A stretch of DNA of 62,012 bases, the filler included, from Stramenopiles sp. TOSAG23-6 (Eukaryota), in the NCBI GenBank assembly GCA_900128565.1. It is 13 parts of 13 records of this genome, joined end to end, with 100 filler letters (N's around TTAATTAATTAA, not from the genome) between each part and the next. Parts side by side here need not be neighbours in the genome. Positions count along the whole stretch, not along the records: positions 33,475 to 38,155 come from LT637090.1; positions 38,256 to 42,934 come from LT637091.1; positions 43,035 to 47,707 come from LT637092.1; positions 47,808 to 52,477 come from LT637093.1; 9 more parts are not named here. One strand, given 5' to 3'. The notes under the pieces were generated by a model. That model had not been told where the DNA came from. It was given only the letters and a program-made list of their open reading frames with translations, and did no database searches. Below, piece by piece: positions 36,401-48,242 of the stretch; position 1 is the first letter of the stretch, and every line of letters starts with the position of its first letter. The position numbers and the translations under genes were made by a program.

Positions 36401-38155
36401 ATCTGAATCATGAAAACCAGCTTTGCACTCTTCAATATGAGATGTTTTCCCTTTACAATGACTACCTTTCGGGCATTTCATACAAGGAGTGATTGGGTCG
36501 TTATCAAAATCAATTGAACCTGGCAAACACTCTTGACCCCTAGTGCCTCCACCAGGGCAGTAATTTCCTGGCAAGCAAGCTTTACATGGTGAAGACGCTT
36601 GTTCATCATCGTCTTCAAATCCTGGAGAGCAGATTTCTTTCATTTTATTGTATCCGGCACAAAATGTACCCACTTCACATGCAATACATGGAGTTTTACT
36701 ATCTTTATCATCATCAAAGTAACCTGCAGAACATTTCTGTAATTTGGAAGATCCGCCACGACAGTAGGTTCCAAATTCACACGTTACGCAAGCAGTTTTA
36801 GAACTGAAGTCATCATCATGAGTTCCAAGAGGACATGTAATTTTTGGAGCTTTATTTCCCGAACAAAATGTACCCACTGGGCATATAGAGCACATTGTTA
36901 CTGATGATTTATCAGGATCGTGGGTACCTGCAGCACAAATTTCAATCTTTGCATCTTTGCCTGAACAATAAGAGCCACTTGGACAAATTTGGCATTTAGA
37001 ACCAGAGAATTGGTCGTGGTCCCACGTTCCGGCATCACAGGACAGCCTAGGCGAGACCCCGCCTTCACAGTAAGTACCTACACTGCAGGCTTGGCATGGA
37101 GTACTTGCTGAGTTATCATGATCGAAAGTTCCCGGAGCACAGCTAACAATAGATGATGAGTTTCCAGCACAGAAATTCCCAGGTTTGCATTCTTCACAAG
37201 CTGTCCTCGAGTCGCTATCTGCATCATGAAAACCAACTTTACATATTTCTTTTGGGTGTTTCCCTCCAGCACAAAAGCTGCCTTTAGGACACGTCAAACA
37301 TGCGGTGGCGGCAGACTCATCATGATCATACTGACCTGGAGAACATGATATTTTTTTACTTGCACCTCCTGCACACCAATTACCAATATCACAGGATTGG
37401 CACGGCGTAACTGGGTCGCTATCATGGTCATATTGACCAGCTAAACAATCTATAGCACGCGATGCACCACCTGAACAATAAGTACCAATACTACATTTTT
37501 CACACTCGCTTGAAGCATCTTCGTCTTTATCTTCGGTTCCTTTTGGACACAAAATTTTAGGACTGCTTCCACCCAAACAGAAAGTACCCTTTTCGCATTT
37601 TTGACATGCATCGCCTGAATATGTTTCCGTGTGATCCCAATATCCCGAAGGACAAGGAATGCGCCCAGTATCACCACCAGCACATTGGAATCCTTTTGAG
37701 CATGCAACACAAGGACTAGCTGCTGAGTTATCATCATCGTAAAAACCAGGTTTACACAATTCCTTTTCAGCATCACTGCCAGCACAATAAGATCCTGAGG
37801 AGCAACTAACACAAGGCGAAGCGGAATTGCTGTCATCGTCATGAGTTCCAAGAGGACATGTTGTACGAGGCGTAGCAGAACCTGCACAGAAGAAACCACG
37901 GGTGGTTACACCCGAAGTAACTGAACATGATTTACACGGTGTAGAGCTATCGGAATCATCGTCCCATTCGCCAGGAGCACATGCAACAAATTTGGTAGAA
38001 CCTTTGCCACAATAACTTCCAATGGGGCAGCTTACACAAGGTGAACTCGCGCTCGAATCATGATCATATTGACCCGCAGCACAGCTTACAAACAAATCTT
38101 TATTACCAGCGCAGTAGCCACCAGCACTGCACACTTCACATGATGTAGCCGAATT
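33475..38155 (-). CDS. Internal part of a giant Cys-rich repeat protein (about 33-aa CxxGxYDxDxxxxTxCxxCxxGxYCxG repeats; ephrin-receptor-like/GCC2-GCC3 type)
   Basis: Single open frame across the whole contig. Confidence 0.88.
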
Positions 38156-38255
38156 NNNNNNNNNNNNNNNNNNNNNNNNNNNNNNNNNNNNNNNNNNNNT
38201 TAATTAATTAANNNNNNNNNNNNNNNNNNNNNNNNNNNNNNNNNNNNNNNNNNNN

Positions 38256-38398
38256 AAAAATTTGTTAGGTACAAAATTTCGTATGAAAAAAAAAATATTT
38301 CAAAAAAAATATTTCAAAAAAAAAAATTCAAAAAAATTTGTTAGGTACAAAATTTACTATAAAAAAAAATTCATACAAAAAAAATAAATAAAACATAC
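38256..38398 (-). other. Family intron with duplicated core, cut by contig start
   Basis: gac ata t|GTATGTTTT; two GTACCTAAC motifs. Confidence 0.8.
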
Positions 38399-39833
38399 AT
38401 ATGTCAGTAGAGTTTAACGTTACAGTTGGCATTTTGTAATTTTTGCAAATCATTGAAAAAGTTCGATCGATCCATCCTAAAACTAATTTTGAATCAACTA
38501 TTTTTTTGCAATCGTCTTTACTATTGAGCAGTCCTGCTCCATTTGCTATTGCTGTTAGAATAGACGATAATTTTGAATGTGGACCTGACTTCAAATCTAT
38601 GAAATTTGTCGAGGTCATTGAGTCTTCTTCACCTTCAACTAACTCAATCTCATATCTTAAAAGCTCTGGAAGAATTGAACACATTACAGGAGCATGATGT
38701 ACAACATCTTTAGGTTCTTTAGGTTCTTTACCCAAAGTATCAAACTGTAAACTAATTATGGAAGACGCAGCTCCACTACAAAAGCCATGATCAACAGAGC
38801 TTTGTTTGACTAACTTTGTCGAATTTGCTAAAGTCTCATTTGAAAATGTTTTTCCACTGTATTGAGCAGCAGACATACAAGCTGACCTCCAATCAAATTC
38901 ATCTAGTTCATTTCCATCTACAAATCCATGCTTGTTGTATAGGACAGCAGACAAACCTGCTGCAGCAGCTTCGACTCCTTTTAGTGCATTTATATCAATA
39001 TTATCGTCTTCACAGTCAAAGATAATATCTATATTCTGAGCTAAAGAAGCAAATCCAAAGACAATGGCTTTCTCAATCGGCAAAGAATGAAGAATTTCAT
39101 CATCAAATAATACACCATTAGCTCTAAGAATAGGAGATTGAAAGCATAGAAAATCTGTACCATCTGATATACGACTTGTCCCAGTTAGCTCAGTACCAGA
39201 GTACATAGATGTGGGTAGGGCGACAAATGGGAGGCTTTTTTTAACGAAAGAAAGCCCCCCTTTGAGGCCCTGCATTTCAATCGCATAATCAGATAATGAT
39301 CCAGTTTTTTTTACATTCGTCGCATATGCTGCAATCAATTTACCAATATCTATTATAGGTCCACCGCCAGCACCGACAACACTAGTGCAACCAACTCGTT
39401 TTACAATTTCAACTGCGTCGTTGATGGCCTCTACTGGAAGCCTCACTTCAGGTATTGTGTAGGGCACGACATCAGCGCCTGCCATCTGTAATAAATAAGT
39501 AAGATAACCGCCATGACGATCATGACCACCAAGTGAAGTGACCAATAATACTTTTGGTCGGCTTGTTGTATATTCCATAGAAAGTATACTCTTCAATTTT
39601 TCAGCCATGCAACGATCTTCAGCAATTTGTCCATGGAAAAGTTGTATCGGTTGTACAGATTCTTCAAAGCTTTGAGATGAAACTAGTTGTTTCAAACATG
39701 TTTCTGGAGCACCAAGAGTTCCAAATTTCCGATATGTTTGGTACAATAATGACGTGGTCATACAGTGAGGCCTACACTGAGTTGTAGAGCGGGGAAATGT
39801 ACCATGTAATGCCTTTAGGTTTAGGGTTCGCAT
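38399..39833 (-). CDS. Iron-containing alcohol dehydrogenase family-like protein, possibly mitochondrial; first exon
   Basis: GAGGGPIIDIGK and LPTSMYSGTELT match the Fe-ADH GGGSxxDxxK and PTTxGTGSE motifs; Arg/Thr-rich N-terminus. Confidence 0.75.
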
Positions 39834-40391
39834 CGATCAGTCGCTTTACCTTTATAAATAACTCCCTCACTATATATAAAAAGACAACAATACAACCCAG
39901 TTTCTTTCTTTTTAAGATGTGAAACTCAAAAAGTGTAAATGGAAGGGATTTTATTTGCGTTCTCCACTTTTGTTTCAATTATTGTGGCAACAAAAACAAG
40001 TGACAACAGAACAGAAACAAGTGACACGTGTGAAGAAAAGGATTTCACGATGTTTCGCGCGAAATTCTTGTCAATATTTGCTATTTTTTGTTTTGTTAAG
40101 TACAAAGTTTTGTACCAAAAAAAAACCAAAAGCCCAGTCATTTTCAAAAAAGCCAGCTGTTCTTTCTACGCGCACTGACTATATTCTTAGGTAACAAATT
40201 TATGTACAAATCAACGATGAGCAGCCCTCGGAAGGAACTTCATCAACTGGATGGAACTGTATTACATATAACCCTCAGCTCACAATATTCATAGCAATAA
40301 AACTTGCTGAAATTCTGTGCTAATTATCTTCGATTGCATTGTCATCGTCAAAACACTTGATCAGTTCACTGCATTCACAGTATCACTACAA

Positions 40392-42242
40392 ATGCCTCCT
40401 CCAGCTCAAACTACTAAGCGCAAAAGGGCACCATCCGTTGACTTGTTAATGACTTTTGCAAAATCCGCACAGCTGCCTACAGCGGGGGTGCAAGGGACGC
40501 AAGCTGCGTCTCCTTCAACGAATTGTACATTTTCAGAAAAACAAAATATATCAAAAATCACTCCTAATTGTAGGTTTAAAACCTCATTCAATGATAGTAA
40601 CTTCGCGAGAGGTCAGTTACACGATCAAACTAACTCTTGCGCTTCAGAGAATGGCGGCATATTCGCTCAAGCAACAGCTAAACAATTCTCTCTTGGAAAG
40701 CGAAAACAAAGACGCGTGAATGGACAACTATCCATAAGCCCCAAGAGCAATCATTATGGTTTCCACCAGGTATACAAGAAACAAAGTGAAATCAATAAAG
40801 AAGAGCTCGAACGTGAGCTTCTTTCTCATTCAGGAACAAAAAGCACAAAACGTATTAAACCAATCCCACGCATACGAATCAAGAGCCAAAAGTCAAAATA
40901 TCGTGGTGTATGCTGGGATGTACGTAAACAAAGGTGGAAAGCTCAGATTGGTTACAGTGGTCAAACTCATTTTCTCGGCCATCATGATGAAGAAAAAATA
41001 GCGGCTAAATATTACGACAAAGCTGCATTAAAATTTCATGGTAAGAGAGCTCGTCTCAATTTCGAATATGAAAATAACGAAATTCGTTTGGACCAGATGG
41101 ATCAAGTTATTATACCAGCAAAACCACATCGCTTTCGTGATGATAAGAGAATACAACAATCGATGGTAAATTCTCTACAGAAATTTGGTTCAAATTCAAT
41201 CGATCCACTACAACAAAGTCAAATGGACGGGATAAGTCGTAGTAATTCTCGTAGAAAGCAAAGAAGTTGGGGAAATTCACATACTTCGTCACAACAACAA
41301 CGCCAAAAACGTCACTATCACCACCAACAACAACAATTTCAGATGGGTCAACACCAGCAAATCCAACAAGAACAAATTCAGTTGGATGCACAACAACAAC
41401 TTGATTATTGTACGAAATCGTACCAAACACGAGAACCACAAAATCAACTACAAAATCAACTACAAACTTCCTTTGGCGATAGTGGAAGTGGACAAACTGG
41501 TGGACAGACGATGAGAATGTTGTATCGAGATAGCAATCAACAGTTAGCGATTGGTGAATTTGTGTGTAGAGCTGGTCAGAATATGCAAAAATGTCGTAAT
41601 ACTGCGGCTGAAAATACTGCAGCATTTATGATGTCATTTCAAAAAAATAGATTACCATTTCAAAAGAATAGATTACATCAACGACACCATAATAAAGACC
41701 ATAAAGAACAAATTCAACATTTGTCGAAGTTTGATATGAATATTGGTACAACAGAACCTCAAGAAACATCTCGTTCTCCTATGCAGTCATCAAAATTATC
41801 ATCAAAATTATCATCAGAATTACCGACGATTGGATCAATTGAAAATTCCAAATCGCCTTTGTTATTTAGTCCTACATTGAATCATCATAACCCTAACCCT
41901 AATACGAATGAAAGTAACTTGGAGAGTAAAACTTTTTATAGTAATGAAAATGATTCAAAATTTGGGTCTCGATATGATGATAAAGAATTGCGTAGTAATG
42001 AATTTTCTCGTGTGGTAGACAATAGCCCTAACCCTAACTCACAGGATATTTGTGGTACGAAACATAGTATACATAGTATAAACCCTAACCCTAATTCTTC
42101 CCAAAATATTCAAAATAATATTCAAAATAATATTCAAAATATTGAACAAAATAATATTCAAAATAATATTAATATTCAAAATATTGAACAACTAAGTGGC
42201 ATGGATTATCTAAAAAAGAATCTTGCATCCTCATTCAGTTGA
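40392..42242 (+). CDS. AP2-domain transcription factor with Q/N-rich regions
   Basis: SKYRGVCW...RWKAQI...FLG...EKIAAKYYDKAALKFHGKRARLNF. Confidence 0.9.
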   Translation: MPPPAQTTKRKRAPSVDLLMTFAKSAQLPTAGVQGTQAASPSTNCTFSEKQNISKITPNCRFKTSFNDSNFARGQLHDQTNSCASENGGIFAQATAKQFSLGKRKQRRVNGQLSISPKSNHYGFHQVYKKQSEINKEELERELLSHSGTKSTKRIKPIPRIRIKSQKSKYRGVCWDVRKQRWKAQIGYSGQTHFLGHHDEEKIAAKYYDKAALKFHGKRARLNFEYENNEIRLDQMDQVIIPAKPHRFRDDKRIQQSMVNSLQKFGSNSIDPLQQSQMDGISRSNSRRKQRSWGNSHTSSQQQRQKRHYHHQQQQFQMGQHQQIQQEQIQLDAQQQLDYCTKSYQTREPQNQLQNQLQTSFGDSGSGQTGGQTMRMLYRDSNQQLAIGEFVCRAGQNMQKCRNTAAENTAAFMMSFQKNRLPFQKNRLHQRHHNKDHKEQIQHLSKFDMNIGTTEPQETSRSPMQSSKLSSKLSSELPTIGSIENSKSPLLFSPTLNHHNPNPNTNESNLESKTFYSNENDSKFGSRYDDKELRSNEFSRVVDNSPNPNSQDICGTKHSIHSINPNPNSSQNIQNNIQNNIQNIEQNNIQNNINIQNIEQLSGMDYLKKNLASSFS

Positions 42243-42396
42243 TTAATATTGTGTGATGATTATATAAGTACTACTAAAATAAATTGTATCAAATTCAAAC
42301 TTTTTTTTTTCAAATTGTTTTTATTTTTTTTTTTGTAAAAAAGGTTCAATGGTTTTCGTGTTTTTCGAGTTTTTCGTGTTTTTCAAATGTTTAACC

Positions 42397-42809
42397 CTAA
42401 TTATAATCATCATCATCCAATTCACTCTCCGATTGTGTCATTGAATCATCAGAATGATTATCATCATCGTCATCATCCTCATCACTAGACCGTAAGATAA
42501 TATCTTTATTAGGGTTAGGGTTATCCAGACGTGTTTCACTTCCAATGTTCCGTTTGTCATTTTTATTATACTCGTCATATATTTTGGAAAAATATTTCAA
42601 AAAAAAAAACTTAAATTTGTTAGGTACAAAATTTTTATAAAAAATAAATTTGAAATTGAAAAAATTTTGTAAAAAAAAAAAAATAAAACATACATCACTA
42701 TACTCACTTGTTGATTCATCATCACTTGAAGTATCTTCTATAGCATCACCATCAACAATCCAGTCTTCCATATCAGCATAACTATCAGTTCCATCTTCTT
42801 GGACTAACC
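42397..42809 (-). CDS. Acidic C-terminal exons of a hypothetical protein; join(42809..42694, 42576..42397)
   Basis: Frame (W)LVQEDGTDSYADMEDW...SEYSD|DEYNK...DDDYN* bounded by family introns. Confidence 0.7.
42577..42693 (-). other. GT-AT family intron, 117 nt
   Basis: agt gat|GTATGTTTT...ttccaaaatatAT|gac gag. Confidence 0.85.
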
Positions 42810-42934
42810 ATAAATTGTGAAAAAATATTTCAAAATTTTTTTTTTCCGTAAAAAACAAAATTTTGTTAGGTACAAAATTTACTATGAAAAAAAAAAAAAA
42901 AAAAAAAAAAAACAAAAAAAAAAAAAAAAAAAAC
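42810..42934 (-). other. 3' part of a family intron (AT acceptor)
   Basis: gtacctaac...ttcacaatttAT|gg tta. Confidence 0.75.
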
Positions 42935-43053
42935 NNNNNNNNNNNNNNNNNNNNNNNNNNNNNNNNNNNNNNNNNNNNTTAATTAATTAANNNNNNNNNN
43001 NNNNNNNNNNNNNNNNNNNNNNNNNNNNNNNNNNATATTTCTTCACAAACTAT

Positions 43054-43804
43054 AAAAATAATAATGGGTCTTATTTATTATCAAGACTACCGAGTGATAT
43101 ACGTTATCATCACATAATTTTTTTTTCTTTACTATGAAAATTCTGTACCATTTTTTTTTTACTATGGAAATTCCGTACCATTTTTTTTCCAAGATATCAA
43201 TTTTTTTCAATGGTTTCAATTTAAAATTTTTTTTCAATTTTTTTTCAATTTTTTTTTCTATGAAAATTTTATAGACTACCTATAACTAACAAATTTCAAA
43301 TTTCAAATATTTCTTCACAAAACACGAATTATCTTCAATTGGTAACTATATTTTGTGGCATTGTTTTTGATGCTTTCGGTATATATATATTAACATCTCG
43401 TAGTGATGAAGATCGAAATGCTGAATATTATGATGATTATGAAGACGAAGAAGAAGAGGAACTTTTATATGGTCTTGATTTTCAAAAAAAAAAAAAAAAA
43501 ATGAATTCTAAAGAACCTCCAAGTATATTTTATTTTTTTCAATTTTTTGTCTAATTTTTTTTTTCGTACGTAATTTTGTACCTAACAAATTTTACAAAAA
43601 AAAAAAAAAAAATTTCACAAAACATGTACCACCAAGGTAAGTAGAGGTCGCCGTCGATGGAGATTATATAAAAACACAAGAAAAGGAGTTAAGAATTTCT
43701 CTACATTCATCCATTGGGATAATGAAGCGTATAAAGAAAGTTCATTTAAAGGCTTAGACGGTAGGAGATGGTCAATGTCAATATTTGGTGTAGGTCATGC
43801 CTAA
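43054..43804 (+). CDS. NIPA-like Mg2+ transporter C-terminus; join(43054..43098, 43326..43522, 43626..43804); 5'-truncated
   Basis: Spliced KIIMGLIYYQDYRVMNYLQLVTIFCGIVFDAFGIYILTS resembles the last NIPA helices. Confidence 0.6.
43099..43325 (+). other. Intron, 227 nt, apparent AT-AC variant of the family
   Basis: gtg at|ATACGTTATC...actaac...cttcacaaaacAC|g aat. Confidence 0.6.
43523..43625 (+). other. GT-AT family intron, 103 nt
   Basis: cca a|GTATATTTT...gtacctaac...ttcacaaaacAT|gt acc. Confidence 0.8.
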
Positions 43805-43914
43805 AATAGAGTAGGGTTGAGGTTGAGGTTATGATGTAGGTCACGCCTACATTTGAGTTGTATCATTGTTTAGGTTTTCTTTTATAAATATAATATAATA
43901 CAATCAAAATATGA

Positions 43915-44499
43915 TTAATATGGTTTATAACGTGTTTTCTTTTTTTCGCGCCGAGAAATCTTTGAAGCAAATTTATCCTTGTATGAAGAACCACGTATAC
44001 TCTTTTTTTTTTTCCTNCGATTGGCTCTAGAACTTTTGAGCATTAACCGCTTTTCCTTTGCTTCTTTACTACTTTGAACTAATTTTTTAACACTCTTTAG
44101 TTGCTTTTCTGAACTAGTGCCGAATGTTTGAATATCATTTAACAGTGCTTTACGATTAGAAGTCTTCTTTATCTCGTCTACAGAGGAAGCCTTTACTACA
44201 GACTTTTCGGTAGCTGTCGATTTTGGCGATGTAAATTTCAAAAAGTTCAATGCCTTGAGTGACATAATCTCTTCTTTCTTTGGAACAGGCTTCACAACCT
44301 CAAGCTCGGATAGAACAGANGACATATCCATCTTGAGGGGTTTATCTTGATTAGATATTCCAAACGATGCCATTGTATTGTCACAGTTGTATACGTCGTT
44401 GTAGGCTAGACTATCAATCAAAGTTGTTACACCACTACACTCTTTTTTGAGAGAATTTTCGTTCACGAACTGAATTGTTGGATACCCGGTAACGAACAA
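43915..44499 (-). CDS. Hypothetical Lys-rich protein; true start uncertain, probably an internal ATG
   Basis: 194-codon ORF with a basic C-terminus; no recognised domain. Confidence 0.5.
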   Translation of the reverse strand: MFVTGYPTIQFVNENSLKKECSGVTTLIDSLAYNDVYNCDNTMASFGISNQDKPLKMDMXSVLSELEVVKPVPKKEEIMSLKALNFLKFTSPKSTATEKSVVKASSVDEIKKTSNRKALLNDIQTFGTSSEKQLKSVKKLVQSSKEAKEKRLMLKSSRANXRKKKKSIRGSSYKDKFASKISRREKKKTRYKPY

Positions 44500-46149
44500 A
44501 CTTTGAAGCTATTTTTTTTTATGTCCAAAAGTTCGCTCATAAAAAGTCCAAAAAAAAAAATTCCAGATATGAAATAATATATAGGTACCGGGAATCCCCG
44601 GAATATTTTTTATATTCTATGAGCCTTCCATTCGGTCCGGCGACCACGACGGTCTTCACTTCGATTTTGTTAAATTTTCCTAGGTACATTTTTTCGTATG
44701 AATTATTTTTTGTTGTTTGTACAATGCATAGTCCGTTGTGTGTAAAGCGTCTTACACCCTATAGGTTTGAAGGTGTCTTTGATGTATACTAATAAACATC
44801 ACTGTAGCGTGATTTTGTTGTCCGTTGTGTATTTTTTGAGTTATGTATCTTTTTCGGTTTTACTGGATACGAATTCGCGACGTTGAATCTACAGTATAAT
44901 ACCGAAGGAGTCGCTGGTGGATGCTGACGGTGCTTCAGCGACACTACATGCGTATATTTTGCATCTGTGTTGCTTATGTTAATCGGTCTTGTTTACTAAC
45001 TTGGTTTTGTTGTATGTTGTATATTTTCAGGATATGTATCTTTGATTGGATACGGTTTGAGGATGAGGATACGGTTTGAGGCTGATTATACGGTTAGAAC
45101 GAGTCATGTTTTACAAGGTATGAGTTTGTAGTTTTGTATATTTTGTCGATGTACATTGTTCGCGAACATGGTTATGTCGCACGTTTCATGTTTTTGAAGT
45201 TATGTTTCTTTATATCTTTAGTTGGATACATTCACAAATTGAGGCTTGTTNGGNTGGGGGGGNTNAGTTTTNAAATTACTCTATATTTATAGAAATATCT
45301 TATGTACGTGTAAGACAACATGTTGAAAGACTAATATTCAAGACGACAAAAATTATAAATAAATTTATTATGTCACGTTAACGTTTTCCTTTTTTTTACT
45401 TTGCATACAACGTTAATGGGTCATGGGTTGTTGCTTCCATTTATTGAAGATGTCTAGAATTCAATAATTTATACTGAAGCAAATTTCAAAATTAATGTTT
45501 TAAGGATTTAATGAGAGAAAAGGGTGAAAAGGTATAAATCTATAGTTCAGTGATTTTATCTATCAAATCTAGTTCAGTAATTTTATCTATCTTCAAGAAA
45601 AAAATTGTTATGTAAATTGACAAATTGACAGTTATGTAAATTGACAAATTGACAAACGATATCGTCAGTCAATCAGCTGAATTTATCCATGATTGTAAGT
45701 AGTATGGTCGGGCTGGGGGGGTTAGGGGGGGGGGCGCAGCGCCCCCCCTATTTTAAATTACTCTATATATATAGAATTATCTTATGTATGTCGATGTACG
45801 TGTAAGACAACATCTTAATTATTAATAAATTCAAAATTAAAAACAAAATGACTCAATCTTAACAGAATAAATCTACTTCAATGATTTTATCTATCAAATC
45901 TTAATTATTGATAAATTCAGAAATAAAAACAAAATAACTCAATCTTAAAATAGTACAGAGTAAATCTTATATATCTTATATGCATCGAACACCAGACACA
46001 GTAAACGACACAAAATAACACGAAATATTTCATATCTGGTCCCTCTGGGCGTAGCCAACAAGTTTCAAACCTCAAATTCGTTCAAATTTCAAAAAAACAT
46101 AATAAACCGTTCCGCGCCGATTCCACATTCCACGAAACTCGTATCAAGC

Positions 46150-47295
46150 ATGCGAAACTTTTCCATTTTCCATTTGTTACTATGTTTGCTCTTTTTTTCG
46201 AATAATCTGGAAACAACTCTTGCAGCGTTGACGCCGGAACCGGAAGATAGGCACTGGTTAGGGGATGTAAGGCAAGACGTATATAATGAGGCATATATTT
46301 CCTTTCGCTTTGGCCAAGATGAGAAAAAAGCCAAAAAAAAAATTGCTGATTGGAATGATTTTGTAAAAGGTAAGTATGATGAGAGTGACGAATTGCTTTT
46401 TGAACAACTTGAAAAAGATCGATACAAAGTAATGGGTGATACTATTTTAAATCCAACAAAGGAACAACTTAAAAAACTCAAACAAGAGGCTGAAAAATTT
46501 GGTACATTTTCATCCGCTGGTTTCGATTCTTCAGAATACCCTATGGAAATTACACGATCTTCTTCGTATAGAGAATGTAAACGTGTGCTTTCCCTTCAAC
46601 GTAAATATAAAGAGGAGTTGGGTTTAACCCCACATGGTGATTTTATGATGAATGTGTTCGAAGATGTGTGCATGATGCTTTTTATGAAAGAGTATGAACC
46701 ACGCAAGTACAGGGAGTGTGATATCAAAAAGTTGAATTCTTATTACAATGAGAAAAAATTTGATGTTGGAATATACATTGCCAAGATCAATAATATCATT
46801 GTTGGTGCAATAGGTACATATTTGTACTATCCAAATACAAACGATTGGGACGGTGGCTGTATTTTACGATTTCAAGGTATTCACAAAACAACATTATATC
46901 TTACTTTGAAAGATACGTCACAAGAAAAGTCCTTTAGGACACAAATATTCGAAGAATTAGAGGCTGAAGCCAATAGTCTCAAGTGTACAGCTATGGCTGT
47001 TATGTCACCAACGGGGCCAATGGTAAAATTTTTTAATGACCGAAAAGATCAATTCAAAGAAGTTTACTACCCGTACAGCAGTCCCAATATATGTACGACC
47101 ACCAATTATTGCAAATACCGAATGGACACGCTTCTTGGAATTAGTCAAATATATGCTATTAAGTATTTAACTGAAGACGCAGAGAGGTACGATAGAAATT
47201 TTGAACCTACAACTAAAGAAGACAAATACCCTCTAACTACTCAAAACCTTAGTTATGATTTATTTCGAGAATGTTTTCGAATGTTGACAGAATAA
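46150..47295 (+). CDS. Hypothetical protein with signal-peptide-like N-terminus and possible GNAT-like C-terminal fold
   Basis: 381-aa intronless ORF; IYIAKINNIIVGAIG...FRTQIFEELEAEA pattern. Confidence 0.65.
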   Translation: MRNFSIFHLLLCLLFFSNNLETTLAALTPEPEDRHWLGDVRQDVYNEAYISFRFGQDEKKAKKKIADWNDFVKGKYDESDELLFEQLEKDRYKVMGDTILNPTKEQLKKLKQEAEKFGTFSSAGFDSSEYPMEITRSSSYRECKRVLSLQRKYKEELGLTPHGDFMMNVFEDVCMMLFMKEYEPRKYRECDIKKLNSYYNEKKFDVGIYIAKINNIIVGAIGTYLYYPNTNDWDGGCILRFQGIHKTTLYLTLKDTSQEKSFRTQIFEELEAEANSLKCTAMAVMSPTGPMVKFFNDRKDQFKEVYYPYSSPNICTTTNYCKYRMDTLLGISQIYAIKYLTEDAERYDRNFEPTTKEDKYPLTTQNLSYDLFRECFRMLTE

Positions 47296-47807
47296 GAAGA
47301 TGGCTTAGTGCCACCATAAACATTCAAAAGGTTTGGCGTGGGAAAATTTCGTATAATTCTTAATTTGAAAATAATTCATAAAATATTTTATATATTATTG
47401 TGAAAAGGAATGGTTGGGTTATTATCTATATTTTTTTTCAATAAAAAAGTAGGTAATAAAAACATAGATTTTTTTATTATATTTCGATTTCGGCAAAGAA
47501 AAATCTGTAAGAAAATGGCTACTAGTAATAGTATTTTTAATTGGAATGCGAATGCAATGACGAAAAAAAAATCCTAATGGTCAAAACCCGAACGAAATTA
47601 TTTTTTTTCCTTTTGCTGCTGGGAGAGATTTAAAAAAAACATAAAATTTAGTGCTTCTAATAAACAAATATCATAAATCGCTTATTTTATTGTATGCTTC
47701 TAATAAANNNNNNNNNNNNNNNNNNNNNNNNNNNNNNNNNNNNNNNNNNNNTTAATTAATTAANNNNNNNNNNNNNNNNNNNNNNNNNNNNNNNNNNNNN
47801 NNNNNNN

Positions 47808-48242
47808 AGCAGTACATGCTTTTGGTTCATTAGAATCAAGATAATAACCTTGCATTGGTTTATTACATGTTTTTGTACCAGTCTTTGCACTGCATTCATA
47901 GCATTTCGTCTTGCCATCTCCGCAATCTGGGCACGCTACTTTCGCATTAGTCGCTTTATCATAAAACTGTCCTGGTGCGCATTTAAGGTCCTTATGTGCG
48001 CCACTTGTTGCAGCAACGAGATCAATTGATGATGCAAGAACAGTTGTCTTTCCAGATTCCATTGTGCATGTAAGAACAGCGCCAGTTGCAGCGCCAGTAA
48101 TAGGAGAACTACAGTCAAGACAACCTTTGGTGTCAGCAGCTTTTGGGATTGTACCAGCACCGCATGCTTTGCATCCCGAAGGACTTACAGCTGCGACAAT
48201 GGCAACATTTGCGAGGTACGCGAGAACAATTAAGAGCTTCAT
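47808..48242 (-). CDS. Secreted CxxC-rich protein; 3'-truncated
   Basis: MKLLIVLAYLANVAIVAA signal peptide; CKAC, CLDC, CPDC, CYEC. Confidence 0.75.
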
